A stretch of 55,413 nt of DNA from a virus. Lineage: Duplodnaviria; Caudoviricetes. The DNA is taken from positions 1 to 55,413 of IMG/VR virus record IMGVR_UViG_3300034027_000007. One strand, 5' to 3'. The notes beneath the pieces are model-generated. The model was not told the origin of the DNA and searched no databases. It worked only from the letters and a program-made list of their open reading frames with translations. The translations under genes were made by a program, and so were the position numbers. Shown here in pieces: positions 17,486-26,220 of this stretch. Within the stretch, counting starts at the first letter, position 1. Each line of letters opens with the position of its first letter.

Positions 17486-18028
17486 TTAATAAATCGCTGG
17501 CAACGCTGCGATCGATGCTTTGACTTTCGTTACCCTCCCGGCAAACTTCCCCCGCTTGGCTTGATGGTTGGTTGCAGATTGCACGATCGCTTTAGTCCGC
17601 TCGTTGATATCTGCGATTGTTTGTTCGGAACGTTCCATCTCAGACTCGAAGTAAGCGCCGATCGTCTCTTCCTTACCGCCCTTGTAGGCGTTTACAATCT
17701 CTACACCTGCGATTCGGCCTTGTTGGCGGCTGACAGCCAACTGCACCTCAAGCAAAGCATTCATAACGCCGTATTCAAAACCATCATCTGATAGAATCAC
17801 GTCGGAGGATTCAGCAACCGTTAGTTGGCCGCCCGTTAATTGCTGGCTGGTGCTGGGTGTTTCGGTGCTGTCGTACTGGGCGGCGTGGTACTTGATGCGG
17901 TCTAAAAACTCCTGCGGCACTTCCGAGTTGACCGTCCATTTTTGATCGGGGTAAGCTCCTGTGATTTGTCCTAAAAGGGCTTTAGGGGCTTGTTTGCAAT
18001 TTTCTGCAACTGTTGCGATAGTAGGCAT
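17486..18028 (-). CDS. Hypothetical protein (180 aa)
   Basis: CAGGA RBS, operon context. Confidence 0.75.
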   Translation of the reverse strand: MPTIATVAENCKQAPKALLGQITGAYPDQKWTVNSEVPQEFLDRIKYHAAQYDSTETPSTSQQLTGGQLTVAESSDVILSDDGFEYGVMNALLEVQLAVSRQQGRIAGVEIVNAYKGGKEETIGAYFESEMERSEQTIADINERTKAIVQSATNHQAKRGKFAGRVTKVKASIAALPAIY

Positions 18029-18044
18029 AATTTTGGGTTCCTGG

Positions 18045-18365
18045 TTAATTGTATTGTTGATGTTGGTAGTGCATTTTTAATTCCATTTGTACGCGCAATT
18101 TATTGCGATGAAGTACAAATAAACTACGGACTCGCTGTAACTCGAATAGATGCCAATCAGTTAGTCTTTCGCCGTTTAATCCACCCGTGAAAGGGTTTTT
18201 AAAAGTACCGAAGTTTTCCTCGGCAAAAATAACTAACATTTCTAAATACCTTGTAACAGTTCGCCCGCTAACTGGTGGCGATAATTGCTCGCCCGCTTCA
18301 TCGCGGGTATAAACCTGCGGATTGTCAACAGAAACCGAACCCGCAGCAGGGGCGATATTTGGCAT
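18045..18365 (-). CDS. Putative MerR-like helix-turn-helix DNA-binding protein
   Basis: VYTRDEAGEQL..VSGRTVTRYL...RLTDWHLFELQRVRSL; AGGAG RBS. Confidence 0.6.
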   Translation of the reverse strand: MPNIAPAAGSVSVDNPQVYTRDEAGEQLSPPVSGRTVTRYLEMLVIFAEENFGTFKNPFTGGLNGERLTDWHLFELQRVRSLFVLHRNKLRVQMELKMHYQHQQYN

Positions 18366-18468
18366 ACTTTATTAACTCCTGGTAGATAGCTTGTGTATTG
18401 CCTGCCTGCACAGGCAAACCCTAAAAGGGATTAATGCAGGACTAGCCGAGGGGCTAGCCGTCAATTGT

Positions 18469-18747
18469 TTACATGAAATTGAAGCCTAGGGCTTGATTCA
18501 AAGCGCTGTTAAATTCGGCGTTGTTTGGCGGGTTGCGCTTGTCTTGCTCAACTTGTTTTAAGCAGTTAGTGTATTCTTTCAAATCAGCAATGATTTTCCC
18601 GAGTGTGCAATCTGTCAAGTCTTTAAAACCCTCTGTTCCTTCTAAGGCTACCAAATCATCAGTTTGCACCATCTCCATGCCTGCCGCGTTACCAGTTAAA
18701 ACAGTGACAATCATTTCTAAATCATCTGCACTAATCGATTTAGCCAT
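18469..18747 (-). CDS. Hypothetical protein
   Basis: AGGAG RBS before the ATG at 18747; flanked by the duplicated hairpin elements. Confidence 0.7.
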   Translation of the reverse strand: MAKSISADDLEMIVTVLTGNAAGMEMVQTDDLVALEGTEGFKDLTDCTLGKIIADLKEYTNCLKQVEQDKRNPPNNAEFNSALNQALGFNFM

Positions 18748-18837
18748 AAATACTCCTAAAGTTGTTGTCAATATTGCCTTTCGGCAATCCCTAAAAGGGA
18801 TTAATTAATGCTAGCCGAGGGGCTAGCACAAGCTTAA

Positions 18838-19143
18838 TTAATCGTTGTCGTCTTCTTCCTCTTCTTCCTCTTCTTCCTCTTCTTCCTCTTCTTCCTCTTC
18901 TTCTTCCTCCTGTTCCTCTTCCTCTTGGTCGCCGTCTTCGTAGTCATCCGGGTTGTAGGCGTCGCCGTCTTCGTCTTCCTCTTCGTCTTCCCCCACGTTA
19001 TCTTGATTATCTTCCTCGGCTTCCTCGGCTTCCTCGGTTGGCTCGGTTGGGTCAACTAATTCGCTGCCTTCCGTTGGCTCGCCTACACTAAACACCGCTG
19101 GGGGAATGGGGCCGGGTTGCCCGATATTGTTGATAAAGCTCAT
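18838..19143 (-). CDS. Extremely acidic small protein (101 aa, poly-Glu)
   Basis: CAGGAG RBS, GAA/GAG run; first gene of the operon. Confidence 0.65.
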   Translation of the reverse strand: MSFINNIGQPGPIPPAVFSVGEPTEGSELVDPTEPTEEAEEAEEDNQDNVGEDEEEDEDGDAYNPDDYEDGDQEEEEQEEEEEEEEEEEEEEEEEEEDDND

Positions 19144-19168
19144 AAGGCTCCTGTAAATTATTTTTGCT

Positions 19169-19212
19169 TGTGTCTGGGAAATGTCCGGGTCATGTCCGGG
19201 TCATGTCCGAAT
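19169..19212 (+). repeat. Four tandem 11-bp repeats upstream of the 19143-13846 operon
   Basis: TGTGTCTGGGA AATGTCCGGGT CATGTCCGGGT CATGTCCGAAT. Confidence 0.85.
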
Positions 19213-19347
19213 AAAATTAACTTACCTGAGATTTCAGGTATCTGTCAAGTGATTTAATAAAAAAAGATTTCTCAAAATGATGCTGAAAGGCTAAAACCCT
19301 TGTGTTATGCTGGTTGCAGCCTTTTAGCATTTGGATCGAATCGAACC

Positions 19348-19623
19348 ATGACTCAAGTCTCAGGAACCATACCAGACCATATTGACGAATCGTTAATATT
19401 TCTCAGTGACAAATTAGATGTCTCAAAGTCGAGCTTGATTGCTACGTGCATCGAACTGGGCCTTGATGTCTTTATCAAAAGCTTAAACGATCGCCAAATT
19501 TGCTTTACAAATATTGACGAGCTTATAGAACTACTCACCGTTAGGCGCTTGGCTAGAGAGAAAGCGGCCGAGGTCGCAGCATTACAGGAAGCGGCGGCGC
19601 AAGACAACAAGGCTCGCATATAA
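19348..19623 (+). CDS. Ribbon-helix-helix (CopG-like) DNA-binding protein
   Basis: TQVSGTIPDHIDESLIFLSDKLDVSKSSLIATCIELGL; TGTTATGCT extended -10 upstream. Confidence 0.65.
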   Translation: MTQVSGTIPDHIDESLIFLSDKLDVSKSSLIATCIELGLDVFIKSLNDRQICFTNIDELIELLTVRRLAREKAAEVAALQEAAAQDNKARI

Positions 19624-20607
19624 CTCGCCCCCGGAACTGTTGCCCACAGGACGGCCCAAGCTCGCATCTGCGTTGTTTGGGTGCGTTGCTGAGGCGATCG
19701 CCTCTAGCCGCAGTTCTGGCGCGGCGGTAGTGACTACAAAAACTCCAAACCCGGTAGATCCTTGATTGAAGTCCTCACCTGCGGCAGAGCGGCCGGCAAT
19801 CGACTGCACCGCAGAACCGATCGCCACTTGATCCGAACCCAACATGATCCGAGTGTTGCCGCCGCTGATGCCGCAGAATGTCCCGAAAGAAAATACATAA
19901 TATCGGCAATTCCCCCCAGTACAAGGAACCTTTAAACCATAGCTGCTAAAGTTTAGATCCACTTCCTCTAAACCGATAATATTTCTACAATTTATATAAC
20001 CTTCCGTGTTCATTTGAGCAGTATTAAAGTTATTGGGTGTGAGGTTTCCACCCGGCAAGGTAACGTTCCGGCGACAGCTAACCGATGCCATTTCATAAGT
20101 GAAGGATTGACCGCTAGATACACGCCAATTAATGCTGCCAGTGCTATTAATTGTCAGCATAGATCCGCTGTTTTTGGTAGAGCTAGCAACAGCACTTAAA
20201 AAAGCATTGTAGGGCAAAGCATCAGCACTGACGGCGGTTAAATTAGTGTCAGCAGTAGTTAGCAAAGCGTTAGCGGTTGCTATTTTGGCTACAGCACTGC
20301 TATTGCTAGTGTTGAGAGTGTTAGCGGTTGTGTTGGTTTGAAACGATGTAACCAGTATAGGGTTAGCTGTATTTTGTACTGCTTGTAAGTTGGTTTGCTG
20401 TGTGCTAAAACTTGTTTCTATGCTTACAACAGCATTGTTAATGACATTAATTTGCTGCTCGATTTGTGCGGATGTGTTGCCCAACAGTTGCAACTGATCG
20501 GCGATTGCTTGCCAAGTCTGGTTAAATACTGACGCCAATTGCTCGTCAGTATCTCTAAATTTGCGAGCCAAGCTATAGTTAGATCGAGGTGTAAAGTTTG
20601 TTGGCAT
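19582..20607 (-). CDS. Tail fibre/receptor-binding-like protein (paralogue 3)
   Basis: N/T/A-rich coiled coil plus beta-rich C-terminal domain similar to the two upstream genes. Confidence 0.6.
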   Translation of the reverse strand: MPTNFTPRSNYSLARKFRDTDEQLASVFNQTWQAIADQLQLLGNTSAQIEQQINVINNAVVSIETSFSTQQTNLQAVQNTANPILVTSFQTNTTANTLNTSNSSAVAKIATANALLTTADTNLTAVSADALPYNAFLSAVASSTKNSGSMLTINSTGSINWRVSSGQSFTYEMASVSCRRNVTLPGGNLTPNNFNTAQMNTEGYINCRNIIGLEEVDLNFSSYGLKVPCTGGNCRYYVFSFGTFCGISGGNTRIMLGSDQVAIGSAVQSIAGRSAAGEDFNQGSTGFGVFVVTTAAPELRLEAIASATHPNNADASLGRPVGNSSGGELYASLVVLRRRFL

Positions 20608-21590
20608 TAGTAAATAATCCTCATAAAAAATAGAGCCGATTGCTGTGCCGAATAGTCAGAAAAATTAGCGGCTGCACCTCTCTGATTGTTGATAGTTGGC
20701 GGGTTAGCTTCATAAAAACTTTGAAAGTCTACCAAAATTTGAGAGTTTGTAAAAAATGTCCCTTGAATTCGGCTGATAAAGTTGACAGGCTCGCTGCCTA
20801 TAACTGACCCTGAAACCGTACCGCGAGACGCCGATCCAAAAACCAAAACGGTATTGTTTGTTATGTTCCTCAGTCTGCACTTAAAGCCGCTGGTGCAGCC
20901 CGTAGTGTGACCAAAAACAACATATTCCCCCGGTGGTACTGTTAGCTCTTTAGTGACATTATCGAGCGTAATTGTGGTGTTGTTATAATTGGTTATGTCT
21001 AAAGGGATAGCCGCCCAAGCGTTTAGCGCTTGACTGCCGCCAGAAGCAAGAGGGCTTAATCGCCTAGAGAATAAAGCCATCTTAAAACTGACGCCAGAAC
21101 CTGACGATCCGGTTGTTCGCCATAAAATGTTATTATTGCTGTCAGTTCCGAGCAGTCGATTGCTTGTTTTAGTAGCCGCAGCAATCCCAGACAAAATATT
21201 AGAATATGCCTGTATGTTTTGCCCAATAACTAATGAGTTAATTAGTTCGTTAATTGCCGTTACCCTGTTAGTTTGTATCTGTGCATTCTGGGCGTTGTTG
21301 GCGCTGCTGTCTTGTATTGCTGTCAAAACAGTGTTATTGCTGTCATTGGCGCTTAATGCGTTGCTTAACTGCTGTTGCAAGGTGTTAGCCTGTGCAATTA
21401 ATGCAGCAAACTGCGGGGAAGCGGTGGCGATTCTCCCCTCTAATTGAGTCGTCAAATTCTCTAGCTGCAACCTTAAAGTTTTTACTCTCTGTATGTTGGT
21501 TTTAGCTGTTAGGGCGATCGCGTTGTAGAGCGCGGCATCAGAGGGCTGATTGCGCTCAAACATGGGTAAAGGGTCTATTTGAGCAGGCAT
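20607..21590 (-). CDS. Tail fibre/receptor-binding-like protein (paralogue 2)
   Basis: Coiled coil plus LTVPPGEYVV..CRLRNITNNTVLVFGS domain. Confidence 0.6.
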   Translation of the reverse strand: MPAQIDPLPMFERNQPSDAALYNAIALTAKTNIQRVKTLRLQLENLTTQLEGRIATASPQFAALIAQANTLQQQLSNALSANDSNNTVLTAIQDSSANNAQNAQIQTNRVTAINELINSLVIGQNIQAYSNILSGIAAATKTSNRLLGTDSNNNILWRTTGSSGSGVSFKMALFSRRLSPLASGGSQALNAWAAIPLDITNYNNTTITLDNVTKELTVPPGEYVVFGHTTGCTSGFKCRLRNITNNTVLVFGSASRGTVSGSVIGSEPVNFISRIQGTFFTNSQILVDFQSFYEANPPTINNQRGAAANFSDYSAQQSALFFMRIIY

Positions 21591-21682
21591 ATAAAAAGTG
21601 TCTTACACGATCCAAACCGAGATTAAGACAGCGTAAGACAACGTAAAGTGTACAGTTTCACCGTTCATTATGACACGGCTAA

Positions 21683-23278
21683 TTAAGGATAAACCCGCAT
21701 CAGCACCGCTTGCTGGTAAACTTGCTCGATCGCGTTGGCTGTACTCTGTCCTGCTGTCAAGCCGGCCCCGTTTGGGTGCAGTATTTTAGCTTTAAATTGA
21801 AACTCGATCTGAGTGTTCCCGGTAACGCTAAAGACCGCCAACAGCGTCCCCTCTGCCGCCCAAGTATCGCCGATTGAACCGCCGCCCGTTACTGTCTGGC
21901 CGGCACTACCCTGCTCGATAACTGTCCCGGTGGTGACATTCCAAATGCGGGCCCCGAAGGATAAGCACCCGCACCCTTGCCAGTTGTAAGTTACAAAGTA
22001 AGTGCCGCTGGGAATTGTGAAACGGGAAGCGCTCACAACCGACAGATAATCATCATCGTTGCTCGCCACGGTGAAAGGCATTGCCGCCCACACATCGGGG
22101 GCGGTATAGTTCCCGGCGTTGGTTCCGGCTGGCTGCTTGAATACCAGGCTGGCCACTTGTGGGATAAATATGCCTATAGGCGGGGTATTTTGTAAGACTA
22201 AAGTGTTGTCTGTTGCGGTGGCAATTACTCGATCTGTTGGGAAGGTTGCGCCGGGAATTAAAGCAGAAATATCCGATAGTGTTGGGTGTTTCCTTTGTAC
22301 CGTTGAATCTAACTGCCGCAGGTTAGATCCGGCTGAGATCGTACTCGCTTGCGTCTCTAATTGATTGGTTGAGGTTACTAGAGCGTTAACCGTTGGTGTT
22401 AGGTTAGCTAGTCGAATACTGAGGGCGTTATTGCTGCTTTGTAGGGCTGTTATGCCCTGGTTTATAGTTGATAGCTGCGAGTCGATTGTACCCCCGCCTA
22501 ATGAAGCGATAGCGGCGCTCATTGCATTAACTCTAGTACCTAAAGCGGCAAGAGCATCAATTTCAAACTTTATATTGTTAATTAGTCCCTGAATTTGCGC
22601 GTTAAAGTTATCTGCGTGGTTGCCTTGAGTGTTTGTAAGTAAAACTAAAGCTTGCTCGCTAGGATTGGGGATAAATGCCGTTGCAGCATCTAACCAGGGC
22701 TGCGGGGCCGGCTCTGTTTCTGCAAGTCCTTCTAAGTTGGAACTGCCATCGAGCAATCGGGTATTTTTTAAGACGATCGCGTTGATAAATCGGATAGAGG
22801 TTAACTTCCGGCTAGGAGGCTTTAGAGTGTTTATTATCGCTTCTACTTCGTTGTAGCGAAAGGGCTGCTGAGTGATTACCTCAAACTCTCCCCACTGCCT
22901 GATATTGTCCTTAATTGGGTTTTCTAGGAACGTTGCACCCGGATATCCAAAAATCTCTAGCACCCGCTTGATCGAGCGCGGGGTTCCGGCTAACTCCATC
23001 AGTACGGCTGACTCTGCCAATAGTTGCCGCTGATCGGCAATCGGCAAGCGGGTAGCCAAACCAGCTATCGGGCCCATGCCAAATTGAGCGAGCTTGTAGG
23101 GTATCAGCGAGGGCGGTATTGTGGCAGGATCTAAATCTGCGTGCTCGCAGCACAGCCAATAAACAATCCTGACAAAGTTCTTGCCGCGATCGTCGGCAAT
23201 TGATGAAGGCAGCAGTCTCAAAGCGTCAAATAGTGTAATAGGCATAGGTTTCGGGTTTGTGGTTAACGTTATCCACAA
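21683..23278 (-). CDS. P2 gpI-like baseplate protein fused to a fibre domain
   Basis: LLPSSI..LIPYKLAQFG..QRQLLAES..AGTPRSIKRVLE..WGEF..LKPPSRKL; C-terminal FTIPSGTYFV..ARIWNVT; true start perhaps the second Met. Confidence 0.75.
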   Translation of the reverse strand: MWITLTTNPKPMPITLFDALRLLPSSIADDRGKNFVRIVYWLCCEHADLDPATIPPSLIPYKLAQFGMGPIAGLATRLPIADQRQLLAESAVLMELAGTPRSIKRVLEIFGYPGATFLENPIKDNIRQWGEFEVITQQPFRYNEVEAIINTLKPPSRKLTSIRFINAIVLKNTRLLDGSSNLEGLAETEPAPQPWLDAATAFIPNPSEQALVLLTNTQGNHADNFNAQIQGLINNIKFEIDALAALGTRVNAMSAAIASLGGGTIDSQLSTINQGITALQSSNNALSIRLANLTPTVNALVTSTNQLETQASTISAGSNLRQLDSTVQRKHPTLSDISALIPGATFPTDRVIATATDNTLVLQNTPPIGIFIPQVASLVFKQPAGTNAGNYTAPDVWAAMPFTVASNDDDYLSVVSASRFTIPSGTYFVTYNWQGCGCLSFGARIWNVTTGTVIEQGSAGQTVTGGGSIGDTWAAEGTLLAVFSVTGNTQIEFQFKAKILHPNGAGLTAGQSTANAIEQVYQQAVLMRVYP

Positions 23279-23351
23279 TCAAGATAGGGTGGATAACGGA
23301 CGGTTTGCGGGGGTTAACGTATAATAGCGCTATATCTATCAAGTACCGATT

Positions 23352-23672
23352 ATGCTGACACCAAAACACGGGGCGATAATTAACCAAATGCCGAGGGCTT
23401 ACTGTATCGAGGTTTATCTCGGTTTTGTTCCCAAAAAAAAGCTTATTAGGAAGTTAGAGGCGCTAGGAAAATACAAAGGTATACAAATACAGGGGGTGAG
23501 GGAAATTGTCAGTAGGGCTGATTACTGGGTTAGTTATACAAAGGTTTGGGATGGGTTAGACATAGCCAACAAAATTAAGAAAATCTTTGAAAAACAGGGG
23601 GTTAATAATGTTTTGTTAGAACGTCAATTAGCTACAGATGAAAAGGAGAGGTTTAACTATTGTGACGATTGA
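23352..23672 (+). CDS. Hypothetical protein, possibly SPOR-like
   Basis: ORF after the AAGATAGGGTGG motif at 23281. Confidence 0.55.
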   Translation: MLTPKHGAIINQMPRAYCIEVYLGFVPKKKLIRKLEALGKYKGIQIQGVREIVSRADYWVSYTKVWDGLDIANKIKKIFEKQGVNNVLLERQLATDEKERFNYCDD

Positions 23673-24024
23673 AATAGATCGAGAGGCGCTTAAAGCAATT
23701 GTTGAGCAACTAACAGCCGATTTAGGTTTAAACCATTCCGATCGGCTGTTTAATGCTTTGGTGGGTGTTGAGGATGCTTACCCGCCTACTGATAATTTCG
23801 ATCCAGAACAAAATCTCGGAAGTAGTGAGGAATATGCTATATTTAAAGCTGTCAGTGCTTACAATTTAGAGCAGCTTTATTTAGTGAAAAACGGCGTCAG
23901 GTTAAATATAGTTTTTCATTCTTATGCTGACACGTTGCTAACTATTAAGCAGATGGTATTATCCGGGAAAACTTTTACTGAGATCATGGCTTGGCTGTTG
24001 GAAGGTGTTTATACCTTTAGATAA
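23638..24024 (+). CDS. Hypothetical protein
   Basis: AAGGAG precedes an internal GTG; operon context. Confidence 0.6.
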   Translation: MKRRGLTIVTIEIDREALKAIVEQLTADLGLNHSDRLFNALVGVEDAYPPTDNFDPEQNLGSSEEYAIFKAVSAYNLEQLYLVKNGVRLNIVFHSYADTLLTIKQMVLSGKTFTEIMAWLLEGVYTFR

Positions 24025-24047
24025 TTAACAATCTAGACAGGAAAACA

Positions 24048-24272
24048 ATGCAAAATATCTACCTCTTTACACTTACAGTTGATACCAGTAAAAGCGATCG
24101 CGCTATGCAGGAATTGTGCGACAAAGCGGGCATAGATAACAACACTCGGGAAGCTTTTAACGGCTTGTCACTCTTGCCCGATGTTGATGTGGCTAAACAG
24201 AACGCCAACCCTAACAGCCTAAAAACTCTGGCGCAAAACTTACAGAGGCAAGCTCGATCGCGTCACAACTAA
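24048..24272 (+). CDS. Hypothetical protein (74 aa)
   Basis: CAGGA RBS. Confidence 0.6.
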   Translation: MQNIYLFTLTVDTSKSDRAMQELCDKAGIDNNTREAFNGLSLLPDVDVAKQNANPNSLKTLAQNLQRQARSRHN

Positions 24273-24964
24273 ATAATTCTATTTTTGGCGATGATTGTTG
24301 CTTCTAATGTCGTCTCAATAGCTGAACCGTAGCTTTGAGGCGGCATTACTACGTTAGTTAGCGGTTGCGTCAAATTGACATCTCGAATATCTACAATATC
24401 TCTAAGAATATCGATTAAATCCGTCCTAATAATATCCTCGCCTAATCTTTCCCTTTTTTCGTTGCTATATTCAGTTAATACCCTGGTTGCTTCATCTAAA
24501 ACTTTTTGTTTATTGGCTGTTGCGTAAAGCGTTAGGCTAGCATTTATTCGGTAGTTTATAGCCGTTGCAGGTTCTACGGTTATCACGTCGCATAATATTT
24601 TATTAAAATCGTTTTGCATAGTGTTCTGCACTAAGTTGAGCAGTGTTGCGCTTGGCTGGCCGCTAACTGCGAGCAAGTGAATTACCACATTATTGCCGCT
24701 AGGGTTGGTTATGCCGACATCAGCAATATCAGTGCTGATCATCTTCACTCTGTCGGCATAATCTTGGGCGCAACCTCGGATAATGCCCGGTTTTGCCTTG
24801 TTGGCGATCGCCTTCCGGGCGTTGAGGAAAAACGCCACGAGATAGGCTAGCACTTTGAGGTATAGCCGCTCTAGCTGACCGGGTTGGCTAGGGCTTCCGA
24901 CTAGGTAATCCCAAACGGCAACGCATTCAGCCTCAATTCGCTGTAACTCTTCCTGCAAACTCAT
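24269..24964 (-). CDS. Baseplate J-like protein (short form)
   Basis: PGQLERLYLKVLAY; DVGITNP..VVIHLL..GQPS..LCDVITVEPA..RLGEDII..DVNLTQP match the P2 gpJ pattern. Confidence 0.8.
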   Translation of the reverse strand: MSLQEELQRIEAECVAVWDYLVGSPSQPGQLERLYLKVLAYLVAFFLNARKAIANKAKPGIIRGCAQDYADRVKMISTDIADVGITNPSGNNVVIHLLAVSGQPSATLLNLVQNTMQNDFNKILCDVITVEPATAINYRINASLTLYATANKQKVLDEATRVLTEYSNEKRERLGEDIIRTDLIDILRDIVDIRDVNLTQPLTNVVMPPQSYGSAIETTLEATIIAKNRII

Positions 24965-24994
24965 AAGATCAAACTGTGGTAAATTAAGTTAAAG

Positions 24995-25030
24995 CGTTTT
25001 TGGCGCGAGCTGTGAACTCGCGCCAAAAAC
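24995..25030. other. Inverted repeat between divergent genes (terminator-like)
   Basis: GTTTTTGGCGCGAG-loop-CTCGCGCCAAAAAC. Confidence 0.6.
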
Positions 25031-25056
25031 TGACCCTTTACTCAAGCAGGTGAGCG

Positions 25057-25479
25057 ATGAAGGCTAAATCAATTTTAAGGCAAGATCGAGTAAAAGTGCA
25101 GGGAACCCGCAATGATTACGTTCCGGGTAATGTTTACATATTTGGCAGCAGGCACGGGCGAGTCAAGGTAGGTTTAAGCCGCAACGTCGCACGGCGGCGG
25201 CGAGAATTATCTGCGGTTTATCAGGAAGATTTGACGCTGATAGCGAGCGTTTTTACCTTTAATATGAAACTGCTTGAGAACATTTTGCACGAACAGTATG
25301 CAGCCTACAGCGAGCCGCAACCGCAGCATTTAAACGGGCATACAGAATGGTTTACCGCTAAATCTTTCAGGATTTTTCAAATCAAATCGAGTCTTTACAA
25401 GCAGGCATTTGTTATTAACTTTAGTTACGTTTTGGCAATAGTTTGGCTGTTGGGCTTCATTATCAGGTTAACTTCCTGA
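25057..25479 (+). CDS. GIY-YIG/T5orf172-family protein with hydrophobic C-terminus
   Basis: GNVYIFG..VKVGLSRNVARRRREL..LENILHEQY..GHTEWF. Confidence 0.85.
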   Translation: MKAKSILRQDRVKVQGTRNDYVPGNVYIFGSRHGRVKVGLSRNVARRRRELSAVYQEDLTLIASVFTFNMKLLENILHEQYAAYSEPQPQHLNGHTEWFTAKSFRIFQIKSSLYKQAFVINFSYVLAIVWLLGFIIRLTS

Positions 25480-25531
25480 CATAAAATATTGTTATCTGCT
25501 AACATTGAGTAAATTTAGCGAGTAATATTTT

Positions 25532-26170
25532 ATGGATTACAAAGCAGTCCTTGACAAGTTAAGAGAAACATCGCCGGAAGGGGTCGCGATTATTGAGACT
25601 CACGTCAAAACCCTCAACAACGAGAGTGCAACCCGGCGGCACGAGCTAACAAAATTGCAGAGTCTTGTTGATTCGTTGCAGGCAATTGCAGGGGAAGGTG
25701 TCGATCTTCTGGCTGTAGTAAAAGAAGCCAAAACAGCAGAGAAAAAACTCGCAGATATGCAAACTCAGCTAGAAACCGCGCAACAAGCAGCGACCAACGA
25801 AAAACGCGAGGTTTTGCTGATTAAAGGCGCTCAACTTGTAAGCGCCGATCAAAACGCTCTCAGAACGTTTTTAAAGGATGTCAGCACTGACAAAATAACT
25901 ATTGACGATGCAGGCAAAGACATTAAGATCGAAGGCAAACCGCTCAAAGATTACGTTGCCACGCAAGGCGAGTTTTGGTCGCGGGCGTTATTTCCCACAA
26001 CTCCAAACGCCGCACCAGGAGCCGCACCAGGAGCCGCACCCGAATCCTTGCCTACTGGCGGCGCTAATCCCGACGCCATCAAGAGTCCTGTTGATACCTA
26101 CTTAGCACAGAAAGCCGCCGTTTTTGAAGGTATGGCAGCAACAGGTGTCATAATTCAAAAACCCTCTTGA
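25532..26170 (+). CDS. Putative capsid scaffolding protein
   Basis: LNNESATRRHEL coiled coil and G/P/A-rich tail; upstream of head genes. Confidence 0.7.
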   Translation: MDYKAVLDKLRETSPEGVAIIETHVKTLNNESATRRHELTKLQSLVDSLQAIAGEGVDLLAVVKEAKTAEKKLADMQTQLETAQQAATNEKREVLLIKGAQLVSADQNALRTFLKDVSTDKITIDDAGKDIKIEGKPLKDYVATQGEFWSRALFPTTPNAAPGAAPGAAPESLPTGGANPDAIKSPVDTYLAQKAAVFEGMAATGVIIQKPS

Positions 26171-26220
26171 CCTTATCTCGATTGTAAGATAGGGTACTAT
26201 AAACCACCTTAATTGTTGTT

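Noticed and set aside
18834-19055. Lys/Arg-rich 73-aa ORF
   Set aside because: Alternative frame of the GAA/GAG run; the acidic frame has the ATG and RBS
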